NCBI GenBank assembly: GCA_040954595.2
Contig: JBECUI020000059.1
Span: 1 to 48,082, forward strand
Origin: Balanoglossus misakiensis
Lineage: Eukaryota; Animalia; Hemichordata
Length of the DNA: 48,082 nt
Reading direction: 5' to 3'
Part shown: one piece after another, positions 8,374 to 20,942 of the stretch
Numbering within the stretch: the first letter of the stretch is position 1
How the letters are laid out: the number at the start of each line of letters is the position of its first letter
The notes under the pieces: generated by a model
Databases searched by the model: none
Seen by the model: only the letters and a program-made list of their open reading frames with translations
Told to the model about the DNA's origin: nothing
Position numbers and translations under genes: made by a program

Positions 8374-9534
8374 CTATATATCGCGTTTCATCCATTGGCG
8401 TGGATCGACAGGCTTGCCATTACGGCGAACCTCGAAATAGAGCGCAGGAGGAGGCTGCCTGCGAGCAGACATATGACCGACTGGCTCTCCGGCAAACACT
8501 GACTGTCCTGCCTTGGCGTATAGCTTCTCCATTCCGGCCAGCACCAACAGATAGCCTTTTCCTACATTCAATATTACTATATGGCCATAGCTTCTGAACA
8601 GTCCAGCATATTCGACCCGCCCGCCCAAAGGAGCTACGATTTGTGCATTTTCTCTGGTGGCATAAGTTAGTCCGCGCTGTTTTTCTCCGGCATTATTTGG
8701 CTGTCCAAAAACATATATTATCGAGCCGGCAGCAGGAGGCTCTGGTGTTTTCGGCTGTTTTCCCGGGGCGGCAAAGTCTGGAAGAGCCGGGGACTTTGGT
8801 CTTAATAATGGAGCGCTTGGCCCTTTATCCAGCAATTTTTCGACCAGTTCGCGCAAGGATTTGGCTTCTTTGGCCAGCTTGCGGTTTTGTTTGAGGATAG
8901 TGTTCTCTTCCAGTTCCAGTCTTTTTAGCAGGTCGCGTTTTTCTCTGGCCAGTTGCAATATTTGTTTGCGGCGTTGATCCAGCATGGTTTCGGTGGAGAG
9001 CAGGTTCTTTTGTTCTTTTTTGATCCCGGCCCTTAGTGCAGAGATTTTGTCTATATCGGCGACTAATTCCCGTGCTCGCTGGTCCAGCGCCGGAGTTATC
9101 TCTCCCATCAATATGGCCGAGCGGATAGCATCGCTGGTTTTGTGAGCCGCAGTCAGCAAGATCGGCGGCTGTTCCTTGCCCCACATCATCAAGGCGGCGA
9201 CCAGATCGTCCAATGTGTTCCGATCGGCGGCCAGTTTGGCTTTCAGCTCGTCCAGACTGGCATTAAGGGCGAGCAGTTTTTCCTGTACAGTCAGGGCGGA
9301 AAGCTCTAGCTGCCGATTCTGTTTGGCGGTATCGGCAAGTTCGGCGTCGATCTTGGTCAATTCCTGTTCGGCGGTTTTTTTCCCGGTGCGTAATTTTTGC
9401 AGCTTTTCCTTGCTCAGATTCTTTGCTGCTTCGATTTTGCTTAGCCGGTTTTCTATGTCCTGCGGCTGAGCTTCGGCGGCAATCAGCACAGAGCCATGCA
9501 TGAGCATGGCTGTCGATAGAAAGATTTTACGCAT
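8374..9534 (-). CDS. envC: Murein hydrolase activator EnvC family (coiled coil + degenerate M23)
   Basis: Signal peptide, long coiled coil, YAGLFRSYG, LYFEVRRNGKPVDP; start codon approximate. Confidence 0.85.
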   Translation of the reverse strand: MRKIFLSTAMLMHGSVLIAAEAQPQDIENRLSKIEAAKNLSKEKLQKLRTGKKTAEQELTKIDAELADTAKQNRQLELSALTVQEKLLALNASLDELKAKLAADRNTLDDLVAALMMWGKEQPPILLTAAHKTSDAIRSAILMGEITPALDQRARELVADIDKISALRAGIKKEQKNLLSTETMLDQRRKQILQLAREKRDLLKRLELEENTILKQNRKLAKEAKSLRELVEKLLDKGPSAPLLRPKSPALPDFAAPGKQPKTPEPPAAGSIIYVFGQPNNAGEKQRGLTYATRENAQIVAPLGGRVEYAGLFRSYGHIVILNVGKGYLLVLAGMEKLYAKAGQSVFAGEPVGHMSARRQPPPALYFEVRRNGKPVDPRQWMKRDI

Positions 9535-9577
9535 GAAGGTCCAGTTGCTCATCCCGATTGTCCTGACCCTGGATCGA

Positions 9578-10564
9578 TCATGCTTCCCACAGGCGTTCAA
9601 GGTCGTAATAGCTCCTCACATGCGGTTGGAAGATATGAGCAATTACATCGCCGGCATCTATTAACACCCAGTCACAATCTGGCATTCCTTCGATAGAGGG
9701 GTTTCCCATTCCGGCTTTTTTCAGCTCTTTGCAGACATGCCCGGCCAGCGCCACCGAGTGCCTTCTCGAGCGGGCAGTGGCAATGACCATCTGATCGGCG
9801 ATAGCGCTATCGGCGGCGGAAATATCAATGACGCGAATATCTTCGGCCTTGTGGTCGTTTAGGGCTTTTAGCACGAACTGGCCGACTCCCGATTCTATCG
9901 GTGGCTGGGGCGGGGTGGTTTCTGAAACAGGCATGGGTCGATCATATAGCATATTTTGCGCGGTCAGGCCAGACTCATGACGGATAAGCCGGCTGGCCAG
10001 CGGCACATATCGGGCATGGAGGAAAACCCATGCTGGCGGTTTTGCTTGCAGCAGCGCCGGTGCAGCCGCTTCCGGCAGTCGCGCCTGGGCAAAGCGGCGG
10101 GCAAAGAGCGAAAGCCGGGCCCTGGAGCCAGACCCCGATCTGGAAACAGCAGCAATAGCGATTTCAGTGACCAATTGCGTCCAATTATGCCATTGATCCA
10201 GCTCGGCAAGGCAGTCTTCACCGACGAGCAGCACCATATGCGCATTGGGCATGGCGCGGCGCAAGGCGCTAACCAGCTCGATACTGGAGCCAGTAGCAAA
10301 ATGGCTTTCGGCATTCGAGAGCCGCATATATGGCTCATGAATTTGCGCTTGCAGCTTGGTGATGCGCTCGGCAAAAGCGGTTGTTGGCCGTTTTAGCCGG
10401 TGGCGAAGCGCAGGGAGCCACCATATATAATCCAGTTGCAGTTTTTTGCGCGCAGTTCGAGCCAGATGCACATGTCCGGCATGAACAGGATCAAAACTGC
10501 CGCCAAACAAGCCAATCCGCAAACCGGCATGTGGCGATGGCGGCGTGAATGAACAAAGGCTCAT
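9578..10564 (-). CDS. nadD: Nicotinate-nucleotide adenylyltransferase NadD in frame with ribosome silencing factor RsfS (RsfS part ~9578-9934)
   Basis: GLFGGSFDPVHAGH at the N-terminus; C-terminal KAEDIRVID..ADQMVIAT..WVLIDAGDVIAHIF..RSYYDLERLW is RsfS/Iojap; no stop codon between them. Confidence 0.85.
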   Translation of the reverse strand: MSLCSFTPPSPHAGLRIGLFGGSFDPVHAGHVHLARTARKKLQLDYIWWLPALRHRLKRPTTAFAERITKLQAQIHEPYMRLSNAESHFATGSSIELVSALRRAMPNAHMVLLVGEDCLAELDQWHNWTQLVTEIAIAAVSRSGSGSRARLSLFARRFAQARLPEAAAPALLQAKPPAWVFLHARYVPLASRLIRHESGLTAQNMLYDRPMPVSETTPPQPPIESGVGQFVLKALNDHKAEDIRVIDISAADSAIADQMVIATARSRRHSVALAGHVCKELKKAGMGNPSIEGMPDCDWVLIDAGDVIAHIFQPHVRSYYDLERLWEA

Positions 10565-11824
10565 GGGCGGATCTGGCCGCTCCCGCGCACAATGAATTTG
10601 CATATGGTCAATTCCTCGGCTCCAACCGGACCGCGAGCGTGCAGCCTGCCAGTAGCTATGCCGATTTCGGCTCCCATGCCGAACTCGCCGCCATCGGCAA
10701 ATTGCGTCGAGCTATTATGCATGATTATCGCCGCATCGACATCGTGCAAGAAGCGCTCGGCGGTGGCTTTGTCTTCGGTGATGATCGCCTCGGTATGCCC
10801 GGAGCCATAGCGATAAATATGCTCCATGGCCGCATCCGGGCCAAGGACCACGCGCACGCTGAGAATCGGAGCCAGATATTCGCAAGCCCAATCCCGATCG
10901 TCAGCAGCTTGCATCGGGACGATAGCTCTGGCCTGATCGTCGCCGCGCCACTCGCATTCGGGCATGGCCGCCACCAGACGCGGCAGCAGCGAGCCGGCAA
11001 TAGCCTCATCGATCAGCAAAGTCTCGGTAGCACCACAAATGCCGGTCCGGCGCAGCTTGGCATTGCGGACAATCGCTATCGCCATATCCGGATCAGCCAG
11101 AGCATGAACATAAGTATGGCATATGCCCTCAAGATGCCCCAATACCGGAATACGAGCCTCTTGCTGGACGCGGGCAACCAGACTTTTGCCGCCTCGCGGT
11201 ACCAGCAGGTCCAGATTGCCGTCCAGTCCGGCCAGCATGTGCCCGACAATAGCCCGATCCGCGCTCGGCGCCGACTGGATCGCGTCTTCGGGAAGACCAG
11301 AGGCCGCCAGTCCGGAGCGCAAGGCCGTGCAAAGCGCTTGCGAGGAGTTTATGCTCTCCGAGCCGCCGCGTAAAATCACCGCATTGGCCGCACGGACGCA
11401 TAATGATCCGGCATCCGCCGTGACATTGGGACGGCTCTCATAGATGATACCGATTACTCCGATCGGACCGCGGACCCTGGAAATCTCCAGACCATTCGGA
11501 CGAGTTTTGCTATCGACAATCATGCCGACCGGATCGGCTAGTTGCGCTATGGCCTCGACTCCCTTGGCTACAGCCGCCAGCCGCGCCGAAGTCAGCTCCA
11601 GCCGATCCAGTAGCGGTGCCGCCAGATCCTTGGCATGAGCCTTCTCCATATCCTGGGCATTGGCGCTCAAAATGGCCGTCTCGGCCTTGCTGATCGCCTC
11701 GGCCATGGCCAGCAGGCCAGTGCTGCGCTGCTGGCCGGAATGCCGGGCCAGCTCCATCGAGGCCAGTCGTGCCCGCTTGCCCATATTCAGCATCTGCTCT
11801 TGCAGGGAAGCGGCCATATCGTCA

Positions 11825-11832
<8 letters not shown>
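10561..11832 (-). CDS. proA: Glutamate-5-semialdehyde dehydrogenase
   Basis: GVIGIIYESRPNVT, ICGATETLL, FADGGEFGMGAEIGI, LHARGPVG. Confidence 0.97.
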
Positions 11833-14019
<2,187 letters not shown>

Positions 14020-14053
14020 TCAAACACCGGAAAAGCATGACAGGCTTGCCGGG

Positions 14054-14320
14054 TTATTCGTCCGGGGCAACCGCTATTACGCTTATTGTAGGACGAGCCT
14101 TGTCCTTGTCTCCGAACAGCACCTGACCATCGCATAGCGCAAACAGAGTATGATCCCGACCCATGCCAACACCAGGACCAGGATGACGACGAGTGCCACG
14201 CTGACGCAAGATTATATTGCCGGCAACCACATGCTCGCCGCCATATTTCTTGACCCCAAGGCGCTTGGAAACGCTGTCACGGCCATTGCGTGATGAGCCG
14301 CCTGATTTCTTGTGTGCCAT
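14054..14320 (-). CDS. rpmA: 50S ribosomal protein L27
   Basis: [22 protein letters not shown]. Confidence 0.98.
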   Translation of the reverse strand: MAHKKSGGSSRNGRDSVSKRLGVKKYGGEHVVAGNIILRQRGTRRHPGPGVGMGRDHTLFALCDGQVLFGDKDKARPTISVIAVAPDE

Positions 14321-14331
14321 AGCCTAGCTCC

Positions 14332-14661
14332 TCAGTTTTCGCCGCCAGATCCCGGGACAATCGCCGTGATCCGTACCGAGCTTAGCCTTTGACGGTGACC
14401 CTTCTTGCGGCGATAAGTGCTGCGCTGGCGACTCTTGTAAATAATTATCTTGTTCCCGCGCTCATGAGATACCAACTCAGCTTCGACCATGGCTCCCTCA
14501 AGCTCAGAGGCGTCAAGCAACCGCTCATCGCCATCGGCGATCAGCAATATATCGTCAAAAACGCATTTTTGCTCCGGCTCCAAAGCAAGCCTCTCTATTG
14601 TGACGACATCGCCAATGCCAACGCAATATTGCTTGCCGCCCGTCCTGATGACCGCCAACAT
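14332..14661 (-). CDS. rplU: 50S ribosomal protein L21
   Basis: AVIRTGGKQY, YRRKKGHRQ. Confidence 0.97.
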   Translation of the reverse strand: MLAVIRTGGKQYCVGIGDVVTIERLALEPEQKCVFDDILLIADGDERLLDASELEGAMVEAELVSHERGNKIIIYKSRQRSTYRRKKGHRQRLSSVRITAIVPGSGGEN

Positions 14662-14844
14662 GATATTTTCCTGCCATCCTTAAAGATTGCCAAGCCGGTG
14701 CAAAACCGACTCTATCCGCTCCGGTGCAAAACCGGCTCTGGCTGATATGTGACCTCCCTATAGCATAAAGTCAATATCTGTCATGCCCGGGAATGAAACC
14801 ATAACCTTTATAGCGTAATATCTCCTGTTTTATGGAGCAGCAAG

Positions 14845-16233
14845 GTGAAACCAGACACCGATACAACAAATGAGACTATAAAAACACTGCAAGATCGGTT
14901 GGCCAGAGAAATGCACCGCCGGATGGATACAGAAAAATCTCTGGAAAAAACCAGACAAGCCCTGAATCTGTCCGAAAGAGTGCTGCAAAAAGTCACCCAA
15001 AGCCTGGATGAGCAAAGACAACAACTGGATATAACTCTGGATAATGTCATGGTCGGAGTCTTTTTGGTCAACCGGCACGGCCAGATCGTCCGGACCAACC
15101 GCACCGCTATCGAGATGTTCGCTTTTGCGGACGACAATATCCTCGAAGCAAGGCTGCCAGACCTGTTTGTCGATCCGCTCCCTTGCGATCTGGCGCAGAT
15201 CGAGGACTGTGTCAGAGGCAATCAGAACCAGCTAATGAATGAAGCCAATGTCCGCCGCGCCGATGGACAGGAATTTCCGGCTGAATATGCTGTCAATATT
15301 GTTACCAGCCTGGATGGACGACCGCAAACAGTGTGGATTTTTCGCGATATCGTCAAACGCAAGCAGCGCGAATCAGAGCGCGTCGCCCTGGAGCAGGAAT
15401 TGGCCAAGGCGCAAAAATTCGAGGCGCTGGGAACGCTGGCCAGCGGCATAGCTCATGAGATCAATACGCCGATGCAATATGTAAGCGATAATCTGAGCTT
15501 CTTGCAGCGATCCATCTCCACCCTGATCGAACTGGCCAGCCAGAACAGCAGCAAAGATAAGCAGGACAACAAGGATATCGATTTCCTGATCAAGGAAATG
15601 CCGATAGCTGTCGAACAGGCGCTAAAAGGGATCGGCAATGTAGATCGTATAGTCCGCGCGATCAATGAATACTCCTATCCGGGAGATACCAGCTTTGTCG
15701 ATGTCGATCTTGGCGCGGTTGTCAAGGATGCGGTGTCAATGTCGCGGCACCAGTGGAAAAACGCCGCCGAAATGATCATTGAACTGCCAAAGGAGCCGGT
15801 AATTGTTCAGGCAGTGCCCGGACAATTAAATCAGGTATTGCTCAATATGCTCACCAATGCGGCCCAGGCCATAGAGGCAAGGCCTCCTGAAGCCGAAGGA
15901 GAGGAAACAAAAGATGCTGGCAATATCACTGTCTCGGTCAATAAGGGCAAGCACGATATACAGATCACAGTCAGCGATAATGGCTGTGGTATCCCTGTCG
16001 CAAACAAGGACAGGATTTTTGACCCGTTTTTTACCACCAAGGGAGTAGGTGTCGGCTCTGGTCAGGGACTGGCCATCTCGCAGCGGATCATCCGGGACGG
16101 CCATGGCGGCAATATTTGCTTGAACAGCAAGGAAGGGAAGGGAAGCCGCTTCACGATCAGCCTGCCAGTCCTGCCAGCAGCGTCGCTACCGGCCAAGCCC
16201 CGACAACAAAGCATACAAGGAAGCGCGGCATGA
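14845..16233 (+). CDS. PAS-domain sensor histidine kinase
   Basis: PAS/PAC, H-box LASGIAHEINTP, N-box NMLTNAAQA, DNGCG, FDPFFTTK, GQGL. Confidence 0.93.
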   Translation: MKPDTDTTNETIKTLQDRLAREMHRRMDTEKSLEKTRQALNLSERVLQKVTQSLDEQRQQLDITLDNVMVGVFLVNRHGQIVRTNRTAIEMFAFADDNILEARLPDLFVDPLPCDLAQIEDCVRGNQNQLMNEANVRRADGQEFPAEYAVNIVTSLDGRPQTVWIFRDIVKRKQRESERVALEQELAKAQKFEALGTLASGIAHEINTPMQYVSDNLSFLQRSISTLIELASQNSSKDKQDNKDIDFLIKEMPIAVEQALKGIGNVDRIVRAINEYSYPGDTSFVDVDLGAVVKDAVSMSRHQWKNAAEMIIELPKEPVIVQAVPGQLNQVLLNMLTNAAQAIEARPPEAEGEETKDAGNITVSVNKGKHDIQITVSDNGCGIPVANKDRIFDPFFTTKGVGVGSGQGLAISQRIIRDGHGGNICLNSKEGKGSRFTISLPVLPAASLPAKPRQQSIQGSAA

Positions 16234-17360
16234 GCAAAATACGGGTTTTGTTTGTCGATGATGATATAAGGCTTTTGGAGGGGTTGCGCCGTAACCTGCA
16301 TGAAAAGCTGGATATAGTGACCGCTACCGGAGCTATTGAGGGCTTGCGAGCGCTGGATCGGGAGGGGCCGTTTCCGGTTATGGTCACAGACCAGAACATG
16401 CCCAAGATAGACGGCATAGCGTTTCTGGACAAGGTAGCAGAGCATTTCCCCGATACGATCCGCATCATGCTGAGCGGTAATCCGGATCAGTCCATTTTGG
16501 CGCGAGCGGTCAATCATGTTGGCATATTCCGCTTTCTGCCCAAGCCATGCGGAGCCGCCGATTTGCTGAAGGCGATAGATGACGCCTATCAGGAACATGA
16601 ACGCCGCCATAGTGAAATATTGCAGGCCAGACAAATGGTGTCTGGGGTCATAAATCTCCTGACTGATTTGATGGCGGCAAAAATCCCGACCATTTCTTGT
16701 CGCGCCGAACAGGTTTTGCTCTGGTCGCGCGCGGCGGACGAGGCGCTGGAGCTGAAAAATGGCAAGGAATTACAAATAGCTGCCCAATTATGGCCATTGG
16801 TCTATGTCTTGCTGCCCTCGGAACTGATCAAAAGACGCCTGCGGGGAGAAAGCATGTCGCCCGCCGATCGGAGCCATATTGCTGCTGCCTATATGTCGGC
16901 ATCCAAATTGCTGAACAATGTTCCAGGCTTTGCCAATATTGCCAAAATGCTGCTGATGGCTTGCGAGGGCACCGATCACGCCGACACAAGCATCGAGGCG
17001 GAATTATTGCATATATTGATACAAATCGGCCTTTATATCGAGCCGGAAAAATCGCAACAGGCCGAAAAAATAGCCAAACAATTACTGGCTGTCGGCAAAT
17101 ATAATCCGGCCATAGTGGCGGCTCTGCCCGGTATTCTGGCCGGGAGCCAATCCGGAATAAAGGCTGATATATCTACTCTGGCGGTGTTTGAACTGGGAGC
17201 CGGAGACTTGTTATTGTCCGATCTCAAGGACGATGATGATCGCTTGTTGCTGGCCGCTGGACAAACCGTGTCCAAAACCATGCTGGAGCGAATCAAGGGG
17301 CTACATGCACAAGGCAAGGTCTCGGCCCGGCTCCGGGTAGCCAGAGCCTCATCCGCTTGA
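16230..17360 (+). CDS. Response regulator: REC domain plus degenerate HD-like domain
   Basis: ATGA overlap with the kinase; LFVDDD, TDQNMP, MLSG, KP; central helical domain lacks the HD motif. Confidence 0.85.
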   Translation: MSKIRVLFVDDDIRLLEGLRRNLHEKLDIVTATGAIEGLRALDREGPFPVMVTDQNMPKIDGIAFLDKVAEHFPDTIRIMLSGNPDQSILARAVNHVGIFRFLPKPCGAADLLKAIDDAYQEHERRHSEILQARQMVSGVINLLTDLMAAKIPTISCRAEQVLLWSRAADEALELKNGKELQIAAQLWPLVYVLLPSELIKRRLRGESMSPADRSHIAAAYMSASKLLNNVPGFANIAKMLLMACEGTDHADTSIEAELLHILIQIGLYIEPEKSQQAEKIAKQLLAVGKYNPAIVAALPGILAGSQSGIKADISTLAVFELGAGDLLLSDLKDDDDRLLLAAGQTVSKTMLERIKGLHAQGKVSARLRVARASSA

Positions 17361-17366
17361 GCGGCT

Positions 17367-17888
17367 TTAAGGCCGATCCGATTGCTGGCCGAGCCAGGAC
17401 AGGAAATTGACCCGATCCTTTTGCTTGCGTAGCCCGACAAAATTCATCGCCGTGCCGGGAAGTGCCGCCGCAGGCTTTTCCAGATAATCATAAAGAGCCT
17501 GATAGTCCCATACTCCGCCGCGCTCGGTCATGGCTTTGGAATATTTGAACCCGCCATGCGAAGCGACGGCTCGCCCTAGCACATTCCATAAGGGCGGGCC
17601 CTGTCTGGCAACGCCGCCTTTTTGGAACTCGTGACAGGCTGTGCATTTTCGCGCAATCTTTGCTCCTGCTCCTGGATCGGCTCCGGCGAGCAGGGCGCCA
17701 AGATCAATCTTTTGGATTACAGCATGATCCTCGTCATGCTGTGTCGCGTCGGCGGTTTCAACCAGATAGCCCGGTTGCTCTGGTATGTTTTCCGAAAATG
17801 CCATATGCGACAATTCAGAAGCACCAATACCAACAAGCAATGTAGCAAATATGGCCGCGGCGTATTTATTGCCGTTCAAATTCGACAT
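17367..17888 (-). CDS. cycM: Membrane-anchored class I cytochrome c (CycM/cy-like)
   Basis: N-terminal TM, CTACH, GPPLWNV, PGTAMNF. Confidence 0.88.
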   Translation of the reverse strand: MSNLNGNKYAAAIFATLLVGIGASELSHMAFSENIPEQPGYLVETADATQHDEDHAVIQKIDLGALLAGADPGAGAKIARKCTACHEFQKGGVARQGPPLWNVLGRAVASHGGFKYSKAMTERGGVWDYQALYDYLEKPAAALPGTAMNFVGLRKQKDRVNFLSWLGQQSDRP

Positions 17889-18028
17889 CTCACTTCCTCA
17901 TGGCAGCGAACAGGTGATTAGCTTATGGTGACATGCTCACCAGCACCATTTGGCACGTCCTGATCCGGTTTGACAATATCACAATCAGAGAAGATTGTTG
18001 TTTGACACTTATTATTTAAGGCAGAGTT

Positions 18029-18882
18029 ATGGCTAAACAAAAAATAGCTTTTCAGGGAGAACGCGGAGCCAATTCCGAAATTGCCTGCAATAAGGCTCGT
18101 CCGGATATGGAAGCGGTGCCTTTCCCCACTTTTGAAGACATGATTGATGCAGTCAAACAGCTATTGTCGATGAGGCAATGGCTCCGATCGAGAACTCCAC
18201 CGCCGGCAGAGTGGCTGATGTGCATCGGCTCTTGCCTGGCTCTGGGCTGAAAATCACCGGAGAATATTATTTTCCGGTCCGATTTGATCTGCTGGCGGTA
18301 AAAGGCGTGGGATTGTCCGATATTCATTATGTGCATTCGCATTTGATGGCTCATGCGCAATGCCGCAAATTTGTCCGCAAGCACGGCATGGAGCCGGTCA
18401 TATGCGCCGATACCGCCGGAGCCGCTCGCGAAATAGCGCAAGGAGGCACTACCGATTCGGCAGCCATTGCCACAGAATTGGCCGCGCAGATACACGGGCT
18501 GAACCGGCTGGCGACCAATATTCAAGATCGCCATGACAATGTTACCCGCTTTGTCATGCTCCGCCGCGAGTCCGAAGACTTTTCCTATCAGCAGCAAGAA
18601 TGTGTCACGGCCTTTACCTTTCGCATTCGCAATGTTCCGGCGGCTCTGTATAAGGCTCTTGGCGGCTTTGCCACCAATAGCGTCAATATGACCAAGCTGG
18701 AAAGCTGCCACCTCGACGGACAATTATCGGCGACTCAATTCTATGCCGAAATCGGAGGCCACCCCGAAATGCAAAATGTGCAGATGGCGCTGGAAGAATT
18801 GAGCTTTTTTTCCGAAATAGTGGATTTTCTCGGTGTGTTTCCAGCGCATCCGATGCGTCAGTCATTGCTGGCTCGTCGTTAG
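18029..18882 (+). CDS. pheA: Prephenate dehydratase (one frameshift near 18155, probably a sequencing error)
   Basis: IAFQGERGANS, PIENSTAGRV, NVTRF, ACT domain NMTKLES. One extra A in GTCAAACAG restores the frame. Confidence 0.9.
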
Positions 18883-18887
18883 CCCTC

Positions 18888-19328
18888 ATGTCGTCGGGAG
18901 CGCTATGGATGTTGACGGCGATGTTCCTTGTTCCGGCGGTGGAGCAGTCAGAAATCTATACCGGCATTTTCGGCAATCTGGCGGTCAGAGGCTATGATCC
19001 GGTCTCTTATTTTGTCGAAGCTAGTGCCAAAAAGGGCAATGAAGATATCAGTGCCTGGTACCGGAATGCAGAATGGCATTTTGTCTCGGAGCGCAATAAA
19101 CAAGCCTTCATCCAGGATCCAGAGCGCTATTTGCCACAATATGGCGGCTATTGCGCCTGGTCGATGGCGCATGGCTATAGCGCCGCCGGAGACCCAAGAC
19201 ATTGGGATATTATCGATGGAAAATTATATCTGCACCACAATGCCGAAACCGGTAAGGAGTGGCGGCGGCATATGCAAAAACTGATCATCAAGGCCAATAT
19301 GAACTGGCAAAAATTTGTCTTGAAATGA
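18888..19328 (+). CDS. YHS domain-containing protein
   Basis: AVRGYDPVSYF, DPERYLPQYGGYCAW, IIDGKLYL. Confidence 0.9.
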   Translation: MSSGALWMLTAMFLVPAVEQSEIYTGIFGNLAVRGYDPVSYFVEASAKKGNEDISAWYRNAEWHFVSERNKQAFIQDPERYLPQYGGYCAWSMAHGYSAAGDPRHWDIIDGKLYLHHNAETGKEWRRHMQKLIIKANMNWQKFVLK

Positions 19329-19370
19329 AGCGGCTTGCAAAATCCTGCGATCTTCCAGCATAAGAGTGCT

Positions 19371-19463
19371 GGAGGCCGGCGCGGACGAAACCCCCGCCAA
19401 TCCGGTCAGGTCCGGAAGGAAGCAGCCGTAACGGGCTGGTTTCGGGTCGCTGTCCGGCCTCTG
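19371..19463 (+). ncRNA. ffs: Signal recognition particle 4.5S RNA
   Basis: Conserved helix-8 sequence CCGGTCAGGTCCGGAAGGAAGCAGCCG; ends GGAGGCCGG / CCGGCCTCT pair. Confidence 0.93.
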
Positions 19464-19500
19464 CTGCGTCCGGAGGCATTTTGCTACGGAAGGGATATGC

Positions 19501-19806
19501 ATGTACGAAAAATTGTCGCTGCCAGAAATCATAAAGCAGCTTGCAGGCTGGGAAGCCTGTCCCGATCGGGAGGCTATTTGCAAAAATTTCCGCTTTGCCG
19601 ATTTTGCTACAGCATGGGGCTTTATGAGCCGGGTAGCTATTTATGCCGAAAAGATGGATCATCACCCGGAATGGCGCAATGTCTATAATCGGGTCGAAGT
19701 GGTTTTGACCACGCATGACGCCAAAGGCCTGACCAGCCGTGATCTGCAACTAGCTATTTGTATCGATAAATGTGCCAGCAAACTTGTCGAGCAGAGCCAG
19801 TCCTGA
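19501..19806 (+). CDS. phhB: Pterin-4-alpha-carbinolamine dehydratase
   Basis: [29 protein letters not shown]. Confidence 0.93.
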   Translation: MYEKLSLPEIIKQLAGWEACPDREAICKNFRFADFATAWGFMSRVAIYAEKMDHHPEWRNVYNRVEVVLTTHDAKGLTSRDLQLAICIDKCASKLVEQSQS

Positions 19807-19814
19807 TGCGCAGG

Positions 19815-20276
19815 TCACACTTCAATATTGACCGCGCCGCCCGGCTTTGATTTGGCTCCGGCTGCTGGCTCATGATCGGCATTTTGAGCCGCCGCGCCAG
19901 AGCTTACCGCTACCATGGCCGCGCGCAAAACCCGCCCCTTTAACTGCCAGCCAGACTGAAAAATATCGGCGATCGTCCCTTCAGGAAAAACAGACGAAAT
20001 ACGGCTGACCGCCTGATGTTTGGTCGGATCAAACACCATCCCCGGATCGGTTTTTATTGACTCTATACCGTGCCGATCCAGAGCTTTGTGTAGCTCCTTG
20101 CAAGTCATTTCGACCCCCTCCAGCAACCGAGCTTCATTTTCGGGCAAGCTCTCCCGATCCTGCCCCTGAACCACGTCGAGCGCCAAAGCTTCCACTGCAT
20201 ATTGCCTGACCAGCCGCGAATCGATAAATGTGCCAGCAAACTTGTCGAGCAGAGCCAGTCCTGATGCTCCGGTCAC
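19815..20276 (-). pseudogene. grpE: 5'-truncated grpE copy with a 39-bp in-frame deletion
   Basis: Near-identical to the grpE C-terminal part; lacks RDLLPVSDNLIRA. Confidence 0.8.
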
Positions 20277-20441
20277 ACTTCAATATTGACCGCGCCGCCC
20301 GGCTTTGATTTGGCCGACTCTCTCAATTTTGCCCCTGAACCACGTCGAGCGCCAAAGCTTCCACTGCATCTTGCCTGACCAGCCGCGAATCGATAAATGT
20401 GCCAGCAAACTTGTCGAGCAGAGCCAGTCCTGATGCGCAGG

Positions 20442-20942
20442 TCACACTTCAATATTGACCGCGCCGCCCGGCTTTGATTTGGCTCCGGCTGCTGGCTCAT
20501 GATCGGCATTTTGAGCCGCCGCGCCAGAGCTTACCGCTACCATGGCTGCGCGCAAAACCCGCCCCTTTAACTGCCAGCCAGACTGAAAAATATCGGCGAT
20601 CGTCCCTTCAGGAAAAACAGACGAAATACGGCTGACCGCCTGATGTTTGGTCGGATCAAACACCATCCCCGGATCGGTTTTTATTGACTCTATACCGTGC
20701 CGATCCAGAGCTTTGTGTAGCTCCTTGCAAGTCATTTCGACCCCCTCCAGCAACCGAGCTTCATTTTCGGGCAAGCTCTCCCGATCCTGCCCCTGAACCA
20801 CGTCGAGCGCCCGAATCAAATTGTCCGATACCGGCAACAAATCTCGCGCCAAAGCCTCCACTGCATATTGCCTGACCAGCCGCGAATCTATAAATGTGCC
20901 AGCAAACTTGTCGAGCAGAGCCAGTCCTGATGCTCCGGTCAC
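20442..20942 (-). pseudogene. grpE: 5'-truncated grpE copy (from RQYAVE onward) fused to the antisense phhB tail
   Basis: Near-identical to 20939-21370. Confidence 0.8.
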
